Source: Octopus sinensis (taxonomy: Eukaryota). From it: a DNA stretch of 46,031 nucleotides. Of the stretch, positions 1 to 10,897 are shown one piece after another (the stretch's first letter is position 1; each line of letters starts with the position of its first letter). The DNA lies in contig NW_021834829.1 in the NCBI RefSeq assembly GCF_006345805.1, positions 1-46,031 of the forward strand. Reading direction: 5' to 3'. Position numbers and translations under genes: made by a program. The notes under the pieces were generated by a model. That model was not told the DNA's origin and did no database searches. It saw only the letters and a list, made by a program, of their open reading frames with translations.

Positions 1-265
1 ATTAGAGAGAGACACACACACATGCATACATACATACATGAATATATACATACAAATATAATCATATGCATTGAATTATATTTGTATTAAATTATATCAA
101 TATTTCACGTTATTACTTATTTTATATATTATATTACATTGTTTTATTTATACCAAATATTTACACAATTTGAAACTAAATCCCGAAATGACAGCCATAA
201 ATTGACTTGAGTTGTTATAAGATCGATTATACAACTATTTGTGACTAAAATATTGATTTCTTTAG

Positions 266-316
266 CCTGGCTTAATGTCTGCAGCCGTTAATATTGGTAG
301 TTATTGGTTGGTCCAG
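266..316 (+). CDS. Candidate internal coding exon (51 nt, phase 0-0), PGLMSAAVNIGSYWLVQ; product unknown
   Basis: Acceptor ttgatttctttag with an upstream tgactaa branch-like motif, and strong donor CAG|GTAAAG. Only phase 0 is open. Lies in non-repetitive sequence. No homology recognised. Confidence 0.4.
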
Positions 317-424
317 GTAAAGGGGGAAATCTAGTTGTTGTGTTTAAATAGGCCTGGCCATGCGACTACGCAGAAGCTCCCCAAACAACACCCAGTAATA
401 AAGGGGTCGGTTAAGCGTAAGCCT

Positions 425-1042
425 AAGACCCCCTTCGGTCATGAATGACCATGGGATCACACCTAGAAAGTTAGTGGAGGCACATGGCCTAGTGGTTAGA
501 GCAGCAGACTCGCAGTCGAGGGATCGTGGGTTCGAATCTCAGATCAGGCGATGTGTGTGTTTATGAGCGAAAACACCTAAGCTCCACACAGCTCCGGCAG
601 AAGGTAATGGTGAACTTCTGCTGACTCTTTCGCCACAAGTTTCTCTCACTCTTTCTTCCTGCATCTTGCAGCTCACCTCACTGATGGACCGGCGTCCTAT
701 CCAGGTGGGGAACCTACACGCCAAGGAACTGGAACCCGGCCCTTATGAGCCAGGCATGGCTCTAGAAGGAACAAACAAAACCTAGAAAGTTCCCCTCCGA
801 GGCACAAATCTGGACAAGGTTGTTTATAGAAGACCAGCAGTCGCCCTGCATACTGGCCTCCTCTCTCCACGCCACCAGTGTTATCCAAGAGAAAGGCAAA
901 GGGGCGATACAACTTAGCACCATGACGTCGCAACTCATTTCTACAGCTGAGTGAACTGGAGCAACGTGAAATAAAGCACAATGTCCAGTCCAAGAATCGA
1001 ACTCACAACTTCACGATTGTAAGCTTGACGTTGTAACCACTC
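425..1042 (-). mobile_element. tRNA-derived SINE (family R), interrupted by a younger SINE
   Basis: tRNA-like head at the right end on the minus strand (gtggtta...gagttcgattc). A second copy is at 18898-19235. Confidence 0.8.
473..779 (+). mobile_element. tRNA-derived SINE with V-domain-like 3' body, nested in family R
   Basis: A box TGGCCTAGTGG, B box GGTTCGAATC, A-rich tail. Perfect 12-bp TSD ACCTAGAAAGTT at 461-472 and 780-791. Confidence 0.9.
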
Positions 1043-1270
1043 ATATATTAAACCACCACCAATACCACATCATCATCATCATCATCATGATATCTGGCTT
1101 CAAGCTTGATGCAAAATAATGAAATTTTCAAGTGTTATTAGCAATTTAATAGCTACCAGTCTAAGGGAGGTAACTCTTAAAAGCCAAATGAGAAAATCTA
1201 TGAAATGAGATTTAAAAAAAAAAATTCTTTTAATGAAAATTGACAAAATTAAAATTTTGATTAGTCCTCC

Positions 1271-1495
1271 ATTTACTTTTTAGTCATTGGACTGCGGCCA
1301 TGCTAGAGCACCACTTTGAAGGGTTTTACTTAGAAGAAATGACACTCCCAGGACGTTTTCTCTTTTTTAATGTTTAATACTTATTCTGTCTTTCTCTTCT
1401 ACTGAAGCACTAATTTATGGGGATGTAAACAAACCCACACCTGCTGGCAGGCAGTGGTGGGGACAAACATAGTGACCCCCTCCAAAGCACACACA
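1271..1495 (-). mobile_element. CORE-type SINE (family A), 3' part
   Basis: Matches the reverse complement of the family A tail (ggccatgctagagcacc; gtaaacaaaccc). Confidence 0.7.
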
Positions 1496-1811
1496 CGTGT
1501 TCTGGGTTCAGTTCCACTGCGTGGTACCTTGGGCAAGTGGCTTCTACTCTAGCCTCGGGCCGACCAAAGCCTTGTGAGTGGATTTGGTAGACGGAAACTG
1601 AAAGAAGCCCGTCGTTTATATGTGTGTGTTTGTTACCCCCCCCCTCACCAACATCGCTTGACAACTGATGCTGGTGTGTTTTTATTCCCCGTAACTTAGA
1701 CCAATAGAATAAGTACTAGGCTTACAACGAATAAGCCCTGGGGTCGATTTCCTCAACTAAAGGCGGTGCTCTAGCATGGCTACAGTCAAATGACTGAAAC
1801 AAATAAAAGAG
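1496..1811 (+). mobile_element. CORE-type SINE (family A), 5'-truncated
   Basis: CORE-like tggtaccttgggcaagtg motif, body, and tail gactgaaacaaataaaaga; collinear with 34682-35104. Confidence 0.85.
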
Positions 1812-1962
1812 TATATATATATATATGGGCTTCTTTCAGTTTCCTTCTACCAGAAGGCAATAGGGGCCAAAAGAGAAGACATTTTTCCAAAGTAGCACAC
1901 AATGGGACTGAACCTAAAACCATATGGTTGGGAAGTAAATTTCTTACCACACAGCCACGCAG

Positions 1963-2156
1963 CTACATAGAACCACCTTTCTATCAACACTACATAGAAC
2001 CACCTTCCTATCTACAGTACATAGAACCACCTTTCTATCAACACTACATAGAACTGCCTCTCAATCAACACTACATAGAACCACCTTTCTATCAGCACTA
2101 CATAGAGCCACCTTCCTATCTACACTACATAGAACCACTTTTCTATCTACAGTACA
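1963..2156. repeat. 27-bp minisatellite, 7 full units plus a partial
   Basis: Unit ctacatagaaccacctttctatcaaca repeated head to tail. Confidence 0.95.
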
Positions 2157-2616
2157 ATCTCTTCCTACCCCCTCTTCTTCTCAACCCCAAACCCCACATT
2201 TGACAAGCAGCTGTTTTATTTCATGTGTCAATTTCAATAAACTTGGAAAAGCAAATTCTAAAAATCTTGCTCTACAAAAAAAAAATAAAATAAAACCCTA
2301 CCCTGCACCCCACCCACTTCATTCCTCCACCCACAAACAAGATTTGAATCTTAATTGATTAATTAAGAGGAGAGCCGAAAATAATTAATCAGTTACTGGA
2401 TTAGATGTTTTACATGCTACTTCTTCCACTCCCCAAATTCAGACAGTTATCTTCTACACTCTTTCAATTCATTCCAAAATAATGGTTTCCTTTCAGTTAT
2501 TTTTCAGGAGGCATCAAGCCAAAATTTCTAAGATTATTTTCTCACATTATTTTGCCATCCTTCAAATGTATGATGGCACTGGGATAAACACACACACACA
2601 CACACAAATAAATGAA

Positions 2617-2647
<31 letters not shown>

Positions 2648-2664
2648 ATACAAACATAAACAAA

Positions 2665-2930
2665 TACATACACACAAAAATACACACATATACAAATACA
2701 CACACAAATACCCACCCACACACACAAATACACACATACACTCAAAAATACACACATATACAAATACACACACACAAATACCCACCCACACACACAAGTA
2801 CACACATACACTCAAAAATACACACATATACAAATACACACACACAAATACCCACCCACACACACAAATACACACATACACTCAAAAATACACACATATA
2901 CAAATACATACACACAAATACACACACACA
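2665..2930. repeat. 70-bp CA-rich minisatellite, about 3.5 units
   Basis: cccacccaca recurs at 2711, 2781 and 2851. Confidence 0.9.
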
Positions 2931-2942
2931 ACATATATGCTA

Positions 2943-2980
<38 letters not shown>

Positions 2981-3032
2981 CATACATATATATGCTAAGT
3001 CCACACAGAATTTGTACTCAGAAGAGTGACTC

Positions 3033-3172
3033 AGGTGTAGCTGTGTGGTAAGAAGTTTGCTTCCCAACCACATGGTTCTGGGTTCAGTCCCACTGCATAG
3101 ACCCTTGGGAAGATGCCTTCTATAACTTCAAGCTGATCAAAACCTTGTGAATGGATTTGGTAGACAGAAACT
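3033..3172 (+). mobile_element. Family A SINE head
   Basis: gctgtgtggtaagaagtttgcttcccaaccacatggttctgggttcagtcc. Confidence 0.8.
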
Positions 3173-3234
3173 ATGTGTGTGTGTGTGTGTGTATGTATAT
3201 ATACTCTCCAGGAATTTGGGGAGGGGGTCTTCTC

Positions 3235-3370
3235 CCTCTCCTCACTACTTTCTGTAGATGAGCACAGGCTCGAAACATCGAAGATTTTCATTTTCCCTGA
3301 GTGTCAAACTAATAGACCTTGTCTGTTGTTCCCTCCCCTGTCTCTGTTTTTTTGTTTTTTTGTACAGTTT
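3235..3370 (+). mobile_element. Penelope-like pLTR remnant with decayed hammerhead motif
   Basis: CTGTAGA-T-GAGC-ACAG-GCTC-GAAAC-ATC at 3252-3279, followed by ccctgagtgtcaaactaata, which is shared with the 14001-14215 and 29790-30018 copies. Confidence 0.55.
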
Positions 3371-3377
3371 TGAACCA

Positions 3378-3413
<36 letters not shown>

Positions 3414-3454
3414 GTGTGTGTATGTGTTTGTAAGCATATTTGTCTTTTATCTCT

Positions 3455-3705
3455 CATCTTTTACTTGTTTTAGTCACTGGGTTGTGGCCATACTGGAGCA
3501 CTGTTCGGAAAGGTTTTGGTCCCATTGCCGACACTACTTAAATCGTTTTGAAGTCTGAACTGCTAAAGTACATGGATGTAAACAAACCAACACGGCTGTC
3601 AAGGTCTTTTATTATCTTTTACTTGTTTTAGTCATTAGACTATGGCCATGCTGGAGTACTGCCTGGAAGAATTTTTAATCAAATAAATCATCCCCGGTAC
3701 TTATT
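3455..3705 (-). repeat. Composite double SINE tail; direct repeat copy 1 (copy 2 at 5641-5891)
   Basis: Shares the non-consensus segment ggttttggtcccattgccgacactacttaaatcgttttgaagtctgaactgctaaagtac with copy 2. Confidence 0.9.
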
Positions 3706-4067
3706 TTTTTTAAATATGCTTACAAACACACTTACGCCAGTGTGTTTACGCCAATTCAGCAAAAATGACCGCTAGGATAAATACCAGGCTTAAAACCAAA
3801 ATCCAAATGGGCGCTGGGGTCGATTCGTTCAACTAAAATTCTTTCAGGTGGTGCCACAGCTTGGTTGCAGTCCAATGCCTGAGACAAGTAAAAACTGAAA
3901 AAACAAAAAGGGTCATTCTCAAAACCAATTGAAACAAAGGCTTCGTAATTCTCCAGAAAAATGGTGAGAGTGCTTCCACTGTTTACAAACACCTAACTGT
4001 AACACAAAAACAAGGTCCTCTGATCTATGGATAGATTCTTCCACTTTTTTTTTTCTTTCTCTCCTAG

Positions 4068-4142
4068 CACCGGAGAGCCTGGAAAAGGTCACAAAGTTAC
4101 TTCCTTCCTCAGCTGAAGACTAATGAAACAAACAACAAATGA
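4068..4142 (+). CDS. Candidate terminal coding exon, HRRAWKRSQSYFLPQLKTNETNNK* (phase 0)
   Basis: Strong acceptor tttttttttctttctctcctag at 4067; phase-compatible with the 266-316 exon. No homology recognised; the other two frames give shorter open peptides. Confidence 0.3.
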   Translation, partial: HRRAWKRSQSYFLPQLKTNETNNK

Positions 4143-4320
4143 AGTCCACAGAGATGATGGTGATGGTGGTGATGATGGGATGATGATGATAGTGGTGGCG
4201 GGGATGGTGGTGTTCATGGTGGTGGTGGTCGCCGTGATGGTGATGATGGTATTTCTCATGAGAATGAACAAAGATAAACTTATATTAGCCTCAAAGACAA
4301 CAAACGATACAACAAACCAA

Positions 4321-4357
<37 letters not shown>

Positions 4358-4398
4358 TGAAAATAAAGGCAATAATTATATCTATTTATGTCTAATCT

Positions 4399-4443
4399 TT
4401 ATCCGAGAAAATTTCTCAGTCTCTTGATCTGATGTTGGTGGCG
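4399..4443 (-). CDS. Candidate terminal coding exon, RHQHQIKRLRNFLG* (phase 0)
   Basis: First AG after a ~50-nt pyrimidine tract on the minus strand (...ctttcttacttcaaaag). In phase with the 9101-9160 exon. The phase-1 alternative reads PPTSDQETEKFSRIKIRHK* to 4382. Confidence 0.3.
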   Translation of the reverse strand, partial: RHQHQIKRLRNFLG

Positions 4444-4738
4444 CTTTTGAAGTAAGAAAGAACAAACAAGAAAAAGAAAAAAAGAAAAAACAAAAAAAAC
4501 GAAATAATAAAGGGGAGAGATTAAAAACAACCACACAAAAAAAACAAACAAACAAATGGATTTTTAAACAAGTAAAAAAAAAGAAGAAAAAAAACAGCAG
4601 AATAAAAACAAAAGTTTGATATGAATAATGAGTGATATCAAAGACTAAAGATTAATAAATCTGTTTATTCTAGATTCCTCTAAAAGATGGTTCCAACAAC
4701 AAATGCAATCTCAAGCCTGGTTTATTTCCTCTGATAGC

Positions 4739-4796
<58 letters not shown>

Positions 4797-5269
4797 TAAT
4801 AATAATAATAATAATAGTAATAATGATGATGATAATAATAATAATAATAATAATAATAGGGTATATTGGGCTTTGTGTATCTGTACCCAAGCACCACTTT
4901 GATGGTGTGTGCTGCTAATAATAATAATAATAATAATGATGATGATGATGATGATAAAATAGTAATTTGCAATTAGCCTAATTACCAAAAAGTTTTGATA
5001 TTTGTTAAAGAATTTCTGTTGGTTCTAGTAGTGACCACCTCCCTCTAAACTATCAATTATACTGTAAACAGTAGATTCCTTTCTTTCCTGATGACATTAT
5101 ATGGAATCGGTTATTAAAAAGAAGCCAAAAATATAAATGGTTTAGGCTTGGCTTTCAAGGGTTCCTTTATTTTTTTTTGTTGTTGTAGTTGTTGTTGTTG
5201 TTTTCGTTCCTTTATTTGTGATTCTCTGTATTATGTTACTAATCATCTCCACTGCCCCCGCCCTTACCA

Positions 5270-5556
5270 CCACCACCATCATTGTCACCGCCACCACTAC
5301 CCCTCTCACCACCAACACTCTCATCACCACCACTACAACCACCAACAGCAACACCACTACCCTTACCATCATCGCCACCACCACCACTGCCACTACTATC
5401 ATCAGCACCACTACCACCACCAACATCACCACTGCCATCATCATCGTAATCATCACTACCACCATCATCATAATCACCAACACCATCGCTAGCACCACCA
5501 CCTTTATTATCACCATCATCACCACCATCACACCACCACCACCATCATCATCATCA
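5270..5556. repeat. Degenerate (CAC/CAT)n trinucleotide tract
   Basis: Visible triplet periodicity. Confidence 0.9.
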
Positions 5557-5640
5557 CTTCACATCTGTTTCTCCTTGTTAGCATGGGTTTGAGGGATCTT
5601 CACCCACACAGCATCTCATCACATTTTTCTCCTGAGTCAT

Positions 5641-5891
5641 CATCTTTTATTTGTTTTAGTCAGTGGGTTGCGACCATACTGGGGCACTGCTCTGAAGGTT
5701 TTGGTCCCATTGCCGACACTACTTAAATCGTTTTGAAGTCTGAACTGCTAAAGTACGTGGATGTAAACAAACCAACACTGCCTGTCAAAGTCTTTCATTA
5801 TCTTTTACTTGTTTTAGTCATTAGACTATGGCCATGCTGGAGCACTGCCTGGAAGAATTTTTAATCAAATAAATCATCCCCAGAACTTATT
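5641..5891 (-). repeat. Composite double SINE tail; direct repeat copy 2
   Basis: Near-identical to 3455-3705, offset 2186. Confidence 0.9.
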
Positions 5892-6183
5892 CTTTTAAAG
5901 CTTGGTGCTTATTTGTAGTGATCCCTTTTGCCAAACTGCTAAGTTACGGGGACATAAACACACCAACATCAGTTGTCAAGCAGAGGTGGGAAACAAACAC
6001 AGACACCAAGACACACACACATATACATGATGGGCTTCTTTCAGTTTCCATCTACCAGATCCATTCACAAGGCTTTGGTCAGCCCGAGGCTATAGTAGAA
6101 GAAACTTCTCCAAGGTGCCAAGCAGTGGGACTGAACTCAGAACCATGTGGTTGAGGATCAAGCTTCTCACCACGCAGCCACAC
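5892..6183 (-). mobile_element. Family A SINE body and head
   Basis: Reverse complement of the family A consensus seen elsewhere in the window. Confidence 0.8.
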
Positions 6184-6540
6184 CAAACAACTCCTTATCA
6201 AGAATCTCTCAAAGAAATAGAGAAATTATCCAAATGAAAAAAAAAAGGGGGCTGGAAATAGAGATAACCAGGAATGTAAGGGGCTGAAAAACAGAAGCAA
6301 TCCCAATAGATAAGGGGTGCATTGAGATTGATAAGAATGTGCAAAACACACACAACCAAAACCACACAACTTACAAATATGCACAACATGCAAAAATTTG
6401 GCAGGAAGAACTGCACACATATTAAAGTAGTGCACTCTCAGTTCAGTAAATAAAACACTGCATATACTCAAGAAAAAAAAAGAAGGAAAACCTCTTCTCA
6501 GCTGTGCAGTGAAAACAAAGAAGAATACTGAAAGACAATA

Positions 6541-6589
<49 letters not shown>

Positions 6590-6614
6590 ATGATAAATGA
6601 TAATAATAATGATC

Positions 6615-6655
<41 letters not shown>

Positions 6656-7090
6656 TAATAATGATAATAATAATGATGATAATAATAATAATAATAATAA
6701 TAAATAATAATAATGATCATAATAATAATAATAAATAATAATGATCATAATAATGATGATAATAATAATAATAATAATAATAATGATGATGATAATAATG
6801 ATGATGATAATGATAATAATAATAATAATGATGATGATAATGATAATAATGATGATAATGTTAATGATAATAATGATTATGATGATAATAATGATAATGA
6901 TAATAATGATGATGATAATAATGATGATGATAATGATAATAATGATGATGATAATAATGATGATGATAATGATAATAATGATAATAATGATGATTATAAT
7001 AAAAATAATAATAATAAGATGATGATAATGATAATAATAATGATGGTAATAATGATAATGATGATGATTATGATGATGATGATGATGATG

Positions 7091-7642
7091 ATGCCCTGAT
7101 GCAATACCAGGCAGTGGCTCTCATGGCTTCTGATCTTAACTGATTGGAAGTGTTATCATCTACATTGTTTTGTCTTGGTATAAAAGATGGGCTACAGCAA
7201 ATATTCTGCTCAATACCACAGATTTGCTTGTCAGTTGTTTGACCTTAACCAGTTGAGCATGTCCCTTAGTGGCTGACGATATGTGTATCTCTGATCACGA
7301 GCAGAAGTAGTGGGGGAGCATCATAGCCATGTGCTGAGAGGAATTCTTTATGGTTTGAATAATTCACCTCTGGAAACATGGGTGTTTCGTTCAACACTCT
7401 TAAACAACTCAGGGGCCTTTTGCGCAGGATGGGCCTCTTGACTCGAAGAAAATTCTAACTGGGCCCCACCTGCAATGTCATGTGCTGTTTATCTTGATAT
7501 GAGATCACCATGTCATGCACATGTGGCTGTGATGCATGTGTCTGGTGTACCCTTATCAGACGGGTAGTCATGGTGGGTTATATTAGGCTTCATATAACTG
7601 TACCCCAGTATCACTTCGATGGCATGCACTACTCTCTCACTC
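7091..7642 (+). mobile_element. Unclassified ~550-bp interspersed repeat (family L) with (AAT)n tail
   Basis: Further copies at 8315-8867 and, inverted, at 20806-21371. Orientation is assumed from the (AAT)n tail. Confidence 0.75.
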
Positions 7643-7817
7643 AATAATAATAATAATGATAAGAATGATAATAATAATAGTAATAATAATAATAATGATA
7701 ATAATAATAATAATAATAATAATAGTAATAATAATAATAATAATGATAATAATAATAATAATATAATAATAATGATAATGATAATAATAATAAATGATAA
7801 TGATAATAATAATGATC

Positions 7818-7858
<41 letters not shown>

Positions 7859-8314
7859 TAATAATGATAATAATAATGATGATAATAATAATAATAATAA
7901 TAATAAATAATAATAATGATCATAATAATAATAATAAATAATAATGATCATAATAATGATGATAATAATGATAATGATAATTATAATAATGATGATAATG
8001 TTAATGATAATAATGATGATGAATAATGATGATGATATGATAATAATAATAATAATGATGATGATAATGATAATAATGATGATAATGTTAATGATAATAA
8101 TGATTATGATGATAATATGATAATGATAATAATATGATGATAATAATGATGATGATAATGATAATAATGATGATGATAATAATGATGATGATAATGATAA
8201 TGATAATAATGATGATTATATAAAAATAATAATAATAATGATGATGATAATGATAATAATAATGATGGTAATAATGATAATGAATTGATGATTATGATGA
8301 TGATGATGATGATG

Positions 8315-8867
8315 ATGCCCTGATGCAATACAGGCAGTGGCTCTCATGGCTTCTGATATTAACTGATTGGAAGTGTTATCATCTACATTGTTTTGTCTTG
8401 GTAATAAAAGATGGGCTACAGCAAATATTCTGCTCAATACCACAGATTTGCTTGTCAGTTGTTTGACCTTAACCATTTGAGCATGTCCCTTAGTGGCTGA
8501 CGATATGTGTATCTCTGATCACGAGCAGAAGTAGTGGGGGAGCATCATAGCCATGTGCTGAGAGGAATTCTTTATGGTTTGAATAATTCACCTCTGGAAA
8601 CATGGGTGTTTCGTTCAACACTCTTAAACAACTCAGGGGCCTTTTGCGCAGATGGGCCCTTGACTCGAAGAAAATTCTAAACTGAAACTGGCCCCACCTG
8701 CATGTCATGTGCTGTTTATCTTGATATGAGATCACCATGTCATGCACATGTGGCTGTGATGCATGTGTCTGGTGTACCTTATCAGACGGGTAGTCATGGT
8801 GGGTATATTAGGCTTCATATAACTGTACCCCAGTATCACTTCGATGGCATGCACTACTCTCTCACTC
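8315..8867 (+). mobile_element. Family L element, duplicated copy
   Basis: Differs from 7091-7642 mostly by 1-bp indels. Confidence 0.75.
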
Positions 8868-8971
8868 AATAATAATAATAATGATAAGAATGATAATAAT
8901 AATATAGTATAATAATAATAATGATAATAATAATAATAATAATAATAATAGTAATAATAATAATAATAATG

Positions 8972-9013
<42 letters not shown>

Positions 9014-9100
9014 GGAATAAATAAATCTGTCTTCAGTAAGGATAACAAAAAGAAAGAAAAACTAAAAGGACAAAGGAAGAATGAAGATAAAATGCTGTAC

Positions 9101-9160
9101 CTTGTAAACTTCGGTTGCAAGACTCCAAAGCTCTTGATCTGAAGAAACTTTCAGTTGATA
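9101..9160 (-). CDS. Candidate internal coding exon (60 nt): YQLKVSSDQELWSLATEVYK (phase 0) or xSTESFFRSRALESCNRSLQ (phase 1)
   Basis: T-rich acceptor ttttattgttttattttag, donor AAG|GTACAG, length a multiple of 3, unique sequence. Product not recognised. Confidence 0.5.
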
Positions 9161-9454
9161 CTAAAATAAAACAATAAAATAAAACATTAATAAATATAAA
9201 AAAAACAAAATTCAGTTTAATTCTTGAAAACATTTTAAGACAAAAATAACTGCTTCAAAATCTGGCCAAAGGCCAGTTTCTTAAGTTTTGGCCCATAGCC
9301 CCATAGTTTTAGGGAGAAGAGATTAGTCGGTTGTGTCATCCACCCACCCTGGTACTTTATTTTATTGACCCCCCCCCCCACTAAAAGGGTAAAAAGTAAA
9401 GTTGACCTTGGCAGAATTTGAACTTGAAATGTAAAGAGAATAAAACAAAATACA

Positions 9455-9622
9455 AGTGCAGGCATGGCTGTGTGGTAAGACGCTTGTGTCCCAACCTCAT
9501 GGTTCCAGGTTCAGTCCCACTCTGTGGTACCTAGGACAAGAGTCTTTACTATAGTTTTGAGATAACCAAAGCTTTATGAGTGGATTCAGTAGATGGAAAC
9601 TGAAAGAAGCCCGTTGTGTGTG
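9455..9622 (+). mobile_element. Family A SINE head
   Basis: gcaggcatggctgtgtggtaag...gtacctaggacaag...gaaagaagcccg. Confidence 0.8.
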
Positions 9623-9629
9623 TGTCCAT

Positions 9630-10177
9630 GGACGATTTGACTGAAGTCTGGCAAACCAGACTCCAATCTGATCTGGCAGAGTTTCTACAGCTGGATGCCC
9701 TTCCTAATGCCAACCACTCCAAGAGTGTAGTGGGTGCTTTTACGTGCCACCGGCACGAGGGCCAGCTAGGTGGTACTGGCTACGGCCACACTCAGATGGT
9801 GCTTTTTATGTGCCACCTGCACAGGAGCCAGTCCAGCGGCACTGGCAACGACCTCGCTCGAATGTTTTTTCACGTGCACCCACCACAAGTGCTAGTAAGG
9901 CGACACAGGTAACGATCATGCTTGAATGGTGTTTTTAACGTGCCATCAGCACAAAGGCCAGCTTGTTGCTCTGGCCCCGATCACACTCGTATGGTACTCT
10001 TACCACTCCACTAGCAATGGATGCCATTCACCGAGTTTGATTTTGATTTCACTTGCCTGAACAGGTCTTCGCAAGCAGAGTTTAGTGTCCAATGAAGGAA
10101 AAGCACACATAAGCGGACTGGTTATACCCCTGACATAGGCCACAAGGTTATGGTCTCACTTGCGCTTGCCGAGTCTT
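9630..10177 (-). mobile_element. Family C SINE-like element with four internal ~60-nt sub-repeats
   Basis: Motif ctacagctggatgcccttcctaatgccaaccactc; repeated ttttacgtgccacc units. Confidence 0.8.
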
Positions 10178-10265
10178 GAATGTATAATGAAATGTGGAAA
10201 TTGACAATTCAAAGTCCGTTCCCAGCACACTCGCACAAGTATGTATATGTGTGTGTATAAGTGTT

Positions 10266-10301
<36 letters not shown>

Positions 10302-10302
10302 G

Positions 10303-10362
<60 letters not shown>

Positions 10363-10897
10363 GTATAGTCTGTATATCTGTGTGTGTGTGTGTGTGTGTG
10401 TGTGCACATTTGTGTATAAGTGTTTGTGTGCATGTATAGGTGTATGTCTATATATGTGGTGTATAAGTCTAAGCACACATGTGTATACATGTATGTATGT
10501 GTACACGCACCTGTGTATATGTATGCATGTACACATTTACTCTCCGGCCTTCATCAGGTGTCCTGGTAGAATTACACCACACCCGCATAAACACACAGAT
10601 GCATACAGATATATGCATAGACATGCACACATACACAAATGCATACACACACACACCTATGCAAGTGTGTATACACAGCTATAAACATTTACATACATGC
10701 AAGTAGCTCTGTGCACACAGCTTTAAATGTACACACACATACAGCAGTATATACACAGATGCAGATATGTAGACAGCATGGCCACAGTCTAAGGTATACA
10801 CATACAGGAACACAAACGTACCCACTCTACATGTGAACAAACATATACACACAAATACACACACATGCAAAATGTACACACACACATATACATATAT

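Larger units (their letters stand above)
6560..9010. repeat. Tandem duplication, ~1224-bp period: (AAT/GAT)n tract plus a 550-bp element
   Basis: gccctgatg at 7093 and 8317; ctcactc ends at 7642 and 8867. Irregularities within the microsatellite are also duplicated. Confidence 0.9.

Noticed and set aside
5142-5592. His-rich and Thr-rich ORFs suggestive of cephalopod His-rich structural proteins
   Set aside because: All frames are read-through of a degenerate triplet repeat; no signal peptide, splice sites or Gly-His motif structure.
6713-7099. Asn/Asp-rich acidic ORF resembling biomineral proteins
   Set aside because: It is (AAT/GAT)n microsatellite at the flank of family L and is duplicated with frame-breaking indels.
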